DNA from: Eledone cirrhosa
Lineage: Eukaryota
DNA length: 64,000 nt
Direction: 5' to 3'
NCBI GenBank assembly: GCA_964016885.1
Contig: OZ024751.1
Location: 50,220,001-50,284,000, forward strand
Position 1 is the stretch's first letter, and every line of letters starts with the position of its first letter. The translations under genes and the position numbers were made by a program. Below are positions 41,838 to 53,468 of the stretch, piece after piece. The notes under the pieces were generated by a model that was given only the letters and a program-made list of their open reading frames with translations, was not told the DNA's origin and did no database searches.

Positions 41838-42353
41838 ATAATGTTAGCAAGTATTCGATAGCAAATGTATAATCAGTTGTCAATTCTTCAGAGATATTGG
41901 ATAAATTTGAAAAAATCAGAAAAATTGAAGTATTTATATTAGTTGTAGGAAAGGAAGAAGAGAGGGGATAGTATATGACAGATGGCAATTCAATTTGCTG
42001 GTAAACAAGTATATAGAATGTTTTTAATGAGAATACAATGAGTATATGGCTTATTTTATCTAAGTAAGAATTTTGGGGAGTGCCTATTTTAATCTATATT
42101 TGACCAATTGAACAATGAACAGGGCTGGTCATTTGGTGTAGTAGTATTAATACAGATATAAAGTGTCAATTAAGGAAGATGGAGATCTTCACTGCTACTG
42201 TATAACAACAGTGCTGGTAGCCTGCTGGTATATGCATTAGGGAATTGAATTAAGAAATCTCATTTTATCTATAGCAGCTTATATTAAATGGTAAAGAATA
42301 GAACAGTTGATAGAATTAAGACTAATAGCGAATGTTAATATGTATTTTGACAA

Positions 42354-42810
42354 TCAAACGGAGATGGAGACAGGCGTACAATCCTGGTAGCGTTTGTAAT
42401 ATGTAAATGTATATTTCAAGCGATGGTTACAGTATAACGATCGCTCTATTCTATTATTTAATAAAATATTTTTGGATTTCATAACACAAAATAATTCCAT
42501 ATTACACAATTTACAAAATTCCTGTCCGTGTTATATGCAGAGGCAGTGCTATTATATCCCATTTTAGGTTAAATTGTTGGTTATTTTCGCGCAGCTGCCA
42601 AGCCTTGTCTGCGAGTGTTGTTACATAACGCTGGTTTTCATGTTTTATCGAGTAACGATGTCTATAAAGGCGAGATTTGAAGGAGGTAGCTGTAGACCCC
42701 ACATAGTACCACATCTGGCTACCCGATTCGATAGTACATTTGTATATGATGTTGCGTTCAAGACACTGATTGTTCAACGGACACATTCCTGGTTGGACAC
42801 AGTTACAGTT
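42354..42810 (-). pseudogene. PLE Neptune GIY-YIG endonuclease, frameshifted
   Basis: NCNCVQPGMCPLNNQCLERNIIYKC...YYVGSTATSFKSRLYRH...TTLADKAW..., then two frameshifts, then CKLCNMELFCVM...LLNNRIERSLYCNHRLK. Confidence 0.85.
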
Positions 42811-42981
42811 ATATATATAAATACATTATCGGAGAAAGCTTATAGCGATACCCCGGCCAAATTCGAACTCACTCAACAAACATAGGAAATAAGTGAGTAT
42901 ATTCCTAATTAAGCGTTCGGGGTGCTAACTAAATGTATTGTGTGGAAAATTGGCTGAATTATTTCATATGAGACATATCGA

Positions 42982-43088
<107 letters not shown>

Positions 43089-43410
43089 CATATACATATA
43101 TATATATACATTTATATATATGTATATATATAATAAGTCACATGAATACATGAATTTCACAGTTAAAGGACTAACATATATATATATACAATTAAGTTAA
43201 AAATGTACATCCATATATGTATACTGAAATACTAGTATGCATATGAATACACACATGTATACATATGTAGATGTACCAAGTCTTTCACTGGTTACTTTAC
43301 TGTGAGTATCCAGCTATTCTGTATGTAAACACACAGACAAACCAGTTTTTAGAGTCATACTGGTTTTTGAGGAAACACCTTTCCTCTATTCTCCAGAAAG
43401 CCAGACAAGG

Positions 43411-43455
43411 AATATTGAACTAGTTTCGTTGTTGTTACAACTCATCAGCAATATT
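43411..43455 (-). ncRNA. minimal hammerhead ribozyme (antisense copy)
   Basis: Reverse complement of 43581-43625. Confidence 0.85.
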
Positions 43456-43580
43456 TACTTATCTACCGGCCTTTCTGGAGAATCGTAAAAGCACATATCG
43501 TTATATGCTTTTTCTATGAAAATTAGTAGTGGGCAGACTAATTTGCATAGAGTGTGAGTACGAAGGCCGGTAGATAGGTA

Positions 43581-43625
43581 AATATTGCTGATGAGTTGTA
43601 ACAACAACGAAACTAGTTCAATATT
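43581..43625 (+). ncRNA. minimal hammerhead ribozyme (GUU site)
   Basis: aatattg-CTGATGA-gttgt-aaca-acaac-GAAAC-ta-GTT-caatatt. Stem I is 7 bp, stem II is 5 bp, and stem III is the palindrome AACTAGTT. Confidence 0.9.
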
Positions 43626-44046
43626 CCTTGTCTGGCTTTCTGGAGAATAGAGGAAAGGTGTTTCCTCAAAAACCAGTATGACTCTAAAAACCGGTTTGTC
43701 TGTGTGTTTACATACAGAATAGCTGGATACTCACAGTAAAGTAACCAGTGAAAGACTTGGTACATCTACATATGTATACGTGTGTGTATTCATATGCATA
43801 CTAGTATTTCAGTATACATATATGAATGCACATTTTTAACTTAATTGTTTAAGCGTCAGTCATACAAAAGTGAGTTACAAACGAAACGAAATTTAATTTC
43901 GTTTCGTTATTTGTTTTTATCGTCTCCGTTGAACCGGTACGTACTCACACTCTATGCAAATTAGTCTGCCCACTACTAATTTTCATAGAAAAAGCATATA
44001 ACGATATGTGCTTTTACGATTCTCCAGAAAGGCCGGTAGATAGGTA

Positions 44047-44091
44047 AATATTGCTGATGAGTTGTAACAACAACGAAACTAGTTCAATATT
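44047..44091 (+). ncRNA. minimal hammerhead ribozyme (second tandem copy)
   Basis: Identical to 43581-43625. Confidence 0.9.
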
Positions 44092-44385
44092 CCTTGTCTG
44101 GCTTTCTGGAGAATAGAGGAAAGGTGTTTCCTCAAAAACCAGTATGACTCTAAAAACCGGTTTGTCTGTGTGTTTACATACAGAATAGCTGGATACTCAC
44201 AGTAAAGTAACCAGTGAAAGACTTGGTACATCTACATATGTATACGTGTGTGTATTCATATGCATACTAGTATTTCAGTATACATATATGGATGTACATT
44301 TTTAACTTAATTGTTTAAGCGTCAGTCATACAAAAGTGAGTTACAAACGAAACGAAATTTAATTTCGTTTCGTTATTTGTTTTTA

Positions 44386-44775
44386 TATATATACAATATA
44401 TTAACAAATGGAAACTATATTTATAAAACCATATTTATTTTATTATACATATTTCAAGGACCACCAAGGCAAATTATGGTGCGCTTTCATCAGTTAAAAT
44501 ACAATACAGATTTGTTTTATAAATAAATATTGACATACCCTGAAAAAAGACAACCTTAACGGTTGGAGCTTCCTGGATAGGATAGCTATTCAGGAAGCTC
44601 CAACCGTTAACGTTGTCTTTTCAGAGTATGTCAATATTTATTTATAAAACAAATCTGTATTGTATTTTATCTGATGAAAGCGCACCATAATTTGCTTTGG
44701 TAGTCCTTGAAATATGTATAATAAAATAAATATGGTTTTATAAATATAGTTTCCATTTGTTAATATATTGTATAT
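44386..44775. mobile_element. palindromic hammerhead element, family C (~190-bp arms, 5-nt loop)
   Basis: 44386-44580 is a near-perfect reverse complement of 44586-44775. Hammerheads lie at 44663-44728 (+) and 44436-44501 (-). Confidence 0.9.
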
Positions 44776-44859
44776 TTACTCCACTAAACTGTTGAGTGCT
44801 TTATATCAGTTATAAAAATGTTTAAGCTTGTTGAATCCCAACAAATTAAATATAACCTC

Positions 44860-44942
<83 letters not shown>

Positions 44943-45769
44943 ATAATAATAAATTTGAAGACTAAAATCCAAAGAAGATGCCGTTAAGGGTGAAAGCAGC
45001 GATTCTTTGCTTAAGCTTTAATCTGTTATTTTAATAAATATATATATATATATATATATATATGAATAAAGTTAGTCCTTCATCAGTGATCTTCCAACCA
45101 TCATTGGTATTTCATCGCTTTAAAGACCATATACCTCCGATTGGTGCGTGCAACGGCTAAAAAAATTCGTTGGGACACGTAAATAAAGGGGACACGAGTG
45201 TAAACAAACAAAAATGGTGAAGCAACGAAAAGTGAGGAAGAAGGAGTCAAGTCCCATATTTCTATGAATTTAAATTCGGTGAAATCGTGACCGAGAGAGA
45301 ATAAAGACCATCAAACCTGGTTGAAATGTGAGCAAGGAAGGAATTTCGCACAGGTCTAACGGGAGGAAGAAGGGGTCTAGTCTGTGAATTCGGTAAACAT
45401 ATGTTCTGTGAAATCGTAGATGAGAGAGAGAAAAAATGCCGACCGGCCTGGCCAAGCGTGCGAAAGAAAAGAATTACGCACAGGTCAAACGGGAAGAAGG
45501 AGGATGAGGAGAGGTAGTAACAGAGAATTAGTGAGTGAAGGGTGAGGAAGAGGCTAACAGAGAGAGTGACTGCTAGAGAGGGTAAAGATACAGAGAAAGA
45601 GGAAGCAGTAAGAACGAAATAGATGGGTAACAGCAGGGGAAAAAATATGTGTAAATATGAGAATAAACGTGCTGCGGGGTTGCTAATATATATATATATA
45701 TATACTAATATATATATATATATATATATAAAGTACAGAACAATCAAATATATGTTTAATACATTTTAT

Positions 45770-45816
45770 TGCTGACAATCGTTTCTTCCAAATAGCCGTT
45801 TGGAATCATCGGAGCA
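45770..45816 (-). ncRNA. minimal hammerhead-like motif (CCGATGA core variant, GUC site)
   Basis: tgct-CCGATGA-ttccaaa-cggcta-tttggaa-GAAAC-gatt-GTC-agca, overlapping AATAAA. Confidence 0.7.
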
Positions 45817-46332
45817 TTGGCAAAGTTTAAACACATAATTAAATTCTATTCAACAGAACAATCATAAAGATACGTTGATATTATTGTTGCTATTAAAAGT
45901 GTTATATTCAAAGAGAGTGAAGATATTGTGGTCTGAAGCAATGGGTATAATAAAGCGTATAAGAGAAGGTTACTCGCAAATAAGGACATAGGCATATAGA
46001 CAGTAAGAATGCAGAGGTATTAAGCATATGCAGAATAATATGGTAAAGAAAGCAAAGGTATTAAGCATATACAGCATAATATGGCAAAGATATCACAAAA
46101 TATAGGTGTAATAGGATGAAGATATTAAGCAGTTAGGAATGCATGGATAGAATATAAGGTGAAAATTGTGAAGCAACTTGTGTAGTATACATATACAAAG
46201 TTTCGTTGATGCATGCGTTGAGAGTGGATCAGATAAATAATTAAATAAACAGTTCAAGCAGAAGTAAAGCTGTTGTGTAGTGCGAAAAATGTTATGTAGT
46301 ATTAAGATATATGTAGCGAGACAATTATATAC

Positions 46333-46370
<38 letters not shown>

Positions 46371-46384
46371 CTGTGTGTCTGCGT

Positions 46385-46495
<111 letters not shown>

Positions 46496-46586
46496 CACAT
46501 ACATACACACACACACACACACAAACATATACATATATACAAACATACATACATACATACATACATACATACATACATACATACAT

Positions 46587-47852
46587 GGTGGCTGCCAACT
46601 CGTTTTCGAGTACGGCCACTACTTTATATCCATGTAGGAGAACCCCTACCGATGCGCTGAACGAGTGTGACTTTTTAGTCCACCCAGCGACTTGAAAACT
46701 ATGGTACAAACACTATACTTGTGACAATTATTGGCACATAGTGCTGGGCCCATGGTACCATGTGACGACAAGTGCAGAGAGATCTCCAGATATAAAGCAA
46801 TGCCTGTGCCGTGAAGCTTTTATAGTGAGCAAAGGCACTGCACAAAGCCAGTCCCACTCTCTTAACCAAGATGATATTTACCAAAAAGAAGAACAAGTCA
46901 ACATCATTGGATACCATCAGGGTTGCAGGTGTTATATCAGAGTTTTCCTTCTCCTAGAATTCTGCCTTGACAAAGGCTAAGGGGTCATCTCTCCCGGTGA
47001 TTTTGGATGGCCATTGACTCTTAAGAGCTCCTTTGCCCTTTGACAGGTTTTGTTTTTAGTCCTGCAGGATGTCCAAAGTCACCCACCTCACCAAGAAACC
47101 TTGGTGGGGTTGCCAGTTTAGTCGCCAATGACCCGACCATGAGACAGGTTGTACTGGGATACATGTTACCAGTAGCACCAACTGGTGACCTGACATACAT
47201 ACATACATACATACATACATACATACATACATACATACATACATGGTGGCTGCCAACTCGTTTTCGAGTACGGCCACTACTTTATATCCATGTAGGAGAA
47301 CCCCTACCGATGCGCTGAACGAGTGTGACTTTTCAGTCCAGCCAGCGACTTGAAAACTCTAGTACAAACACTACACTTGTGACAATTACTGACACATAGT
47401 GCTGGGCCCATGGTACCATGTGATTACAAGTGCAGAGAGATCTCCAGATATAAAGCAATGCCTGTGTCGTGAAGCTTTTATAGTGAGCAAAGGCACTGCA
47501 CAAAGCCAGTCCCACTCTCTTAACCAAGATGATATTTATCAAAAAGAAGAACAAGTCAACATCATTGGATACCATCAGGGTTGCAGGTGTTATATCAGAG
47601 TTTTCCTTCTCCTAGAATTCTGCCTTGACAAAGGCTAAGGGGTCATCTCTCCCGGTGATTTTGGATGGCCATTGACTCTTAAGAGCTCCTTTGCCCTTTG
47701 ACAGGTTTTGTTTTTAGTCCTGCAGGATGTCCAAAGTCCCCCTCCTCACTAAGAAACCTTGGTGGGGTTGCCAGTTTAGTCGTCAACGACCCGACCATGA
47801 ACCAGGTTGTACTGGGATACATGTTACCAGTAGCACCAACTGGTGACCTGAC
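46587..47852 (-). mobile_element. two tandem copies of a 608-bp non-coding retroposon separated by (TACA)n
   Basis: Copies at 46587-47194 and 47245-47852 are highly similar, with a third copy at 62290-62897 (+). They contain CTAGGAGAAGGAAAACTCTGA, resembling RTE 5'-UTR sequence, and end in (ATGT)n. Confidence 0.85.
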
Positions 47853-48284
47853 ATAATACATACATACATACATACATACATACATACATACATACATACA
47901 TACATACATACATACATACATACAGATACACCCACGCTCACGCCCACATACGTATTATAACACATATATATACACACACTCACACATAATAGTGTGTAAA
48001 TAATTTAATGAAAGATGTTCAATCTAATGTAGACATATATTTATATAATATCTTATATATGCCTGTGGCTTACATTCAATACACTTCTCAAAAGACGACA
48101 GAAGGTGATGTAGAAATAGACACCATTTCAGAAAGAATCTTATTATTTAACTCAATTTCATTCAAATTCCCTCAGCTTTTGTAATTACTAATGTCTATAA
48201 TTAACATATTGATAGATTTTCCTTTCAATTGGTTCGACATGATGTTTTAACAATCTTTAGAGGAGGTGATGGTGAGGATAATTA

Positions 48285-48965
48285 TAGTGATGATGATGTT
48301 TTAACAATCTTCAGCGGAGATAATGATGATAGGTTAACAATCTTCAGCGGAGATAATGATGATATTTTAACAATCTTCAGCGGAGATAATGATGATGTTT
48401 TAACAATCTTCAGCGGAGATAACGATGATATTTTAACAATCTTCAGCGGAGATAATGATGATATTTTAACAATCTTCAGCGGAGATAATGGTGATGTTTT
48501 AACAATCTTCAGCGGAGATAACGATGATATTTTAACAATCTTCAGCGGAGATAATGATGATATTTTAACAATCTTCAGCAGAGATAATGATGATATTTTA
48601 ACCATCTTCAGCGGAGATAATGATGATAGTTTAACAATCTTCAGCGGAGATAATGATGATATTTTAACAATCTTCAGCGGAGATAATGATGATGTTTTAA
48701 CAATCTTCAGCGGAGATAACGATGATATTTTAACAATCTTCAGCGGAGATAATGATGATATTTTAACAATCTTCAGCGGAGATAATGATGATAGTTTAAC
48801 AATCTTCAGCGGAGATAATGATGATAGTTTAACCATCTTCAGCGGAGATAATGATGATATTTTAACCATCTTCAGTGGAGATAGTGATGATAGTTTAACA
48901 ATCTTCAGCGGAGATAGTGATGACAGTGATGATGATATTTTAACAATCTTCGGCAGAGACAATAA
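48285..48965. repeat. 33-bp minisatellite (~20 copies)
   Basis: Unit TTAACAATCTTCAGCGGAGATAATGATGATATT. Confidence 0.95.
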
Positions 48966-49586
48966 TGATGATAATGATACTGATGATGATGATAGTGATT
49001 ATAGTGATGATGATGTTTTAAAAATCAGACACCATAGGTAGATTTTAAAAGTTCTTCTCTTTATTATTTTTTTATCTTTGTCTTTTATTTTATATTGAAC
49101 CAAATTCAAGGAATAAATGCAGTGGCGAAGGGTAACCTGGAAAGCAGGGCATGCAGTCCAATCGCCATGGCGGAAAGAGGTGCTGTGCAGCCTTACCCCC
49201 TCCCCCAATTCTCTCTAAATGACCCTCCCGGTCAAAGCCGCATGTAGTGTTATCTAGTGTGTGTGTTTGTGTTTGTGTGTTATCTTTTTATGTGTCTACG
49301 ATTTAGTAAACAGCCAAAGTTCTGCTTGCTTCAACCAATGCAATTGATCAACTCAAGATTCTATAACGCATGCACTGCATCCGTTGCATACACGCACCCT
49401 TCGCCCCTGAATATATGTCCAATTATGTGCATAGCTATGAGTAAAATGTTCTTCCAAATCAATTTTGTCGACTAACATTGGAAAATGTTCTTCCCACTTG
49501 TGCACACAAACATATATATGAGTATGTGGGTGTATGATGGCATTATGTATGTATGTATATATATATGTATGTATGTATATATATAC

Positions 49587-49700
49587 TTCAGAATCTTTCC
49601 CCTCTACAAATTTAAAGATAATGCCACCCACACCCAGCGCATCAGCAAGGAATCTTACTTCATTAACAAATACGGACCCCGTCTAAACACTTCTCCCTAA
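49587..49700 (+). pseudogene. PLE GIY-YIG endonuclease extreme C-terminus
   Basis: FRIFPLYKFKDNATHTQRISKESYFINKYGPRLNTSP* fits the R..KE.YFI.K..P.LN end motif of PLE endonucleases. It starts at a (TA)n tract. Confidence 0.55.
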
Positions 49701-50216
49701 GACGAACCCACAACATACACACGTCAACATACATACCTACATCAGCACACATCTCTACCCACATATAAACACAATGACACACGTAAACACACATGCTCTA
49801 TGGTGCAATACAAAAAAATATATGTGCATATATATGTATGTATATATGTATATATATATATATATGTAGTGAATATATGTATGTGTATATATATATATAG
49901 TGAATATCATTTCACACCTTTTATTGTTAAGATTTTTGATGTTCTATTAAGAGAACCGATTTTACTGAAAAAATCGAATAATGTACACCATTTTACCAGG
50001 GGGAAAAATATACTGGTCCACCCACACACACACACACACATATACACAAACACATACACACGCGTACATCAACATACAAAGAGACTTATACACACACACA
50101 CACACACACACACGCACTTCTCCGTATAAGACAAAAGCTGAAAAATATCTTTTGACATGCTAAAATACCCCCCATTGCTTTCAGACACATTCTTACTGAC
50201 CATCGAATTACTCTGC

Positions 50217-50317
<101 letters not shown>

Positions 50318-50409
50318 ACTTATCTTAATAGCCATTTGACACACATCGCTGCTGGCCATTGTCGCAGCATCGAACACCTTACTACTACTACTACACACAC
50401 ACACACACA

Positions 50410-50460
<51 letters not shown>

Positions 50461-50507
50461 ACACACACACACACACACATATTTGTTGTGAAAGAGTCAT
50501 TTCTCAA

Positions 50508-50735
50508 TCTTGGCGCAAAACCAATTTTTTATCCACATGACCTCTACCGACCAATCAAAATTGTTTTGACCAAGAATTTTTGCTGGAGCCACTTTTTTAA
50601 CATAAAAACAGTCTTGGCGCAAAATCAACTTTTTACATTCACATGACCTCTACCGACCAATCAAAATTGTTTTGACCACAAGCATTTTTGCAACACAAAA
50701 ATAACGCTGGAGCCACTTTTTTAACATAAAAACAG
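50508..50735. repeat. imperfect ~105-bp tandem duplication
   Basis: TCTTGGCGCAAAA...CACATGACCTCTACCGACCAATCAAAATTGTTTTGACCA...GCTGGAGCCACTTTTTTAACATAAAAACAG occurs twice. Confidence 0.85.
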
Positions 50736-50954
50736 GTAGAATTCCCAAAACTAATCAGATCAGAGCAAACAGCACGGACACTCTATCTCAAAATTATTTT
50801 TGAAAAGCATTTAGAAATGCCCAACCGGTAAAAACTTAAAAACTTAAAACCACAACTGAATACTAACCCATACAATCACTAATACTCTTTTATTCCTAAT
50901 TAAACCATTTTTCAACTGTGAACAATTTGTCAGCATTTTCTATTCCGTTTACCA

Positions 50955-51012
<58 letters not shown>

Positions 51013-51014
51013 AT

Positions 51015-51059
<45 letters not shown>

Positions 51060-51060
<1 letters not shown>

Positions 51061-51220
51061 CCCGAGTGAAATCGGAGGTAACCAGAGTAAATAAGGTACT
51101 CAGTACATTAGTAGAATGAGAACAACGAAATCTAATATAAAAATGGCTTCTACGGGACTAGAACTGTTTCATTCATATGAAATCATCAGGAATGCTAATT
51201 TCTGATGATTTCATACATTC
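51060..51220 (-). mobile_element. family B pLTR-like fragment with hammerhead (51148-51192) and short fold-back
   Basis: Minus strand reads ttc-CTGATGA-tttcatatgaat-GAAAC-agttctagtccc-GTA-gaa. An inverted partial copy TTCTGATGATTTCAT is at ~51199-51214. Confidence 0.65.
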
Positions 51221-51352
51221 ATTTGCTGTCCTTGAATATATAGGCAAGCATAGGGATGAAAAAACTTTACTGACAACCCGGAGAAACGCCTTATGTATTC
51301 TGTCCGCCGGGGCCATGGGGCAGCCAGCACGTGGACCACTATTTGCGCTCAT

Positions 51353-51536
51353 AATTGTTTCTACTTTTGGCACAAAGCCAGCAATTATCCCAGTGTATTA
51401 CTGATACTTTATTCTATCGACCCCGTAAGGATGAAAGGCAAAGTTAACCTCGGCCGGATTTGAACTCAGTCCGTAAAGGGACGTAACTGAGCTGCAAAGC
51501 ATGGCGTCCGACCCTCTACCGATACTGCAAATCCAC
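51353..51536 (-). mobile_element. SINE family A
   Basis: Full short-variant copy. Confidence 0.9.
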
Positions 51537-51539
51537 TAT

Positions 51540-51835
51540 GTCTAGGGCGGGTAAAATTCCCGAGATCCATGGACGAGTTCTCTCCTGCGGTCTCTGTCCC
51601 TCCTTATCGTTGCCCTGTCCTGCGTCTCCTGGAGACCAGTGTCTGTCCTTAGGACATCAATATATGTTAACCTCGGTTTTCCTCTTCCAGTGTGTCCATG
51701 CAGGGGCTGCCACAGGAGCACTGAGTGCAGTGTCAACTCAGTATGTCGGTGAGCATGTCCAGCTAACCTCAATCTCCTCTGTACTACTCTCGAGCTGACT
51801 TTTGGGAGGCTCCCGTACAGCTCTTCATCCACTAT
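51540..51835 (-). mobile_element. RTE-X-like LINE 3' fragment
   Basis: EELYGSLPKVSSRVVQRRLRLAGHAHRH.E...HSVLLWQPLHG...RGKPRLTYIDVL..DTGL...DRDRRRE matches the RTE-X C-terminal motif. Confidence 0.85.
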
Positions 51836-52723
51836 TTGTGCTCATAATAGGGTGAGATTGGGAGAGCAGAAGAGACGGAGGCAGTGATAGTGGGAGTTTG
51901 ATTCCTTTGTGTTCAGAGCTGGTGTATATGTATATGTTTCACAGACATAGAAAGACAGAAAGACTGAACTTAATATCAGTAGAAGTATTGTTTTACTACG
52001 AGCTATTTGTAAACACTACGAGGGATGTTACCAATCATTGCAATGTACTGTAGCTATTTTTTTTTTTAGATGATAAATAAAGTTATAGTTTACTGATAAT
52101 TGATTTACGAGAGAAATTGTATCTTTTTATGTTACTGAAGTTTTAGATAAGTTACAATACGATCAAATATTAATAGGCATAAATTAGAAATATATACTTA
52201 ATGATAAAGAATTAGAAGTTGAAGAAAATTTAACAATATAAAAATAAATATTCGAAATAAACAATATGAAATATTAATAAACAAAATTAATGATATTTTA
52301 AGAAGATAAAACAGCCATTATCTATAATCACGTTTCAAGTTTCAAGATAAAAATAAAATAATTTTTTTTAATTAATAATAAAAAAGAAATGATTCTTAAT
52401 GAGAAGTTATTAATTAAATTACAGTCCTTAACCTATAATAAGAAATTAAATATAAAAATATATAATTATGGTTATATCAATTAATGTTATGTTTAATTAG
52501 GTAATTCAAAGGATAACCATAGCCTTCATTATATTAAAACAAAGGATGTAACAATTGTTAAAGTACTCTAAGGGTCAAATTACAGACTTCAAGATGGTGG
52601 AGGAAGACCAGATCTTCTCTGATGTATATTGACTATCCACCACGTGATATTTCTCTCCTGTCAGTACAAAATACAACACACTCACGCATACACGCACACA
52701 TGCACAAACACACACACACACAC

Positions 52724-52818
<95 letters not shown>

Positions 52819-52960
52819 CGTGACGCTATGATATTTCCTCAGTCTAAAGACTGCTGGAATTTCAAATTTGGCGGTCATTCGATGCGTGAAGGGATGACTT
52901 AGCGGACACGAAAAATAACTGCGGTAAGAAATTTTTTCTTATATCAAAGTTTAATGGGCA

Positions 52961-53083
52961 TCCACTGATGATTTATAAGTGCCCACCTACATATATTCTT
53001 ACAGGAAAATATGTTAGGCTTCTACATAAACTGGAAACATTCTCCTAACTTGTAGAAAACTTATAATGAAACAATTGTTTGGA
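52961..53083 (+). ncRNA. type I minimal hammerhead ribozyme with long loop II (GUU site)
   Basis: tcca-CTGATGA-t-ttataagt...acttataa-t-GAAAC-aatt-GTT-tgga. The downstream 53110-53265 is homologous to 42820-42975 (inverted). Confidence 0.8.
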
Positions 53084-53268
53084 AAGAGAGATATATTTTA
53101 ATTTTAATTATATCTCATATAAAATAATACAACTGGCTTTCCACAAAATACATATAGTTAGCACCCAAACACAAAATTGGGATTATACTAACGTATATTC
53201 TAATGTTTGTTGAGTGAGATGGTTACCAGTCGGAGTTTAGCTTAAAGCTTTCTCTGTTATTGTATTAA

Positions 53269-53303
<35 letters not shown>

Positions 53304-53390
53304 CATATATATATATATATAAATATATATATATAGATAAATCTACCAAAATATACGGTAGTGTCCAATCCGTATGAAGAACTCAATGTT

Positions 53391-53468
<78 letters not shown>

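Larger units (their letters stand above)
41470..42810 (-). mobile_element. third Neptune-type PLE remnant, hammerhead interrupted by SINE A
   Basis: Contains a GIY-YIG pseudogene (42354-42810). On the minus strand CTGAAGA (~41886-41892) and GAAAC-atat-GTC-aata (~41594-41610) are separated by a SINE A copy at 41656-41837. Confidence 0.8.
43188..44385. mobile_element. ORF-less 466-bp hammerhead-containing repeat: one inverted partial copy plus ~1.8 tandem copies (retrozyme or pLTR-like)
   Basis: AAGGCCGGTAG occurs at 43563 and 44029 (period 466). 43188-43562 is the reverse complement of ~43940-44314. Copies differ at only a few bases. Confidence 0.9.

Noticed and set aside
44938-45040. Rearranged repeat shared with 53465-53618 containing GAAGA-tgcc-gttaa-gggt-GAAA
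   Set aside because: It is probably a PLE fragment, but the CUGA core is missing, so it was not counted as a ribozyme.
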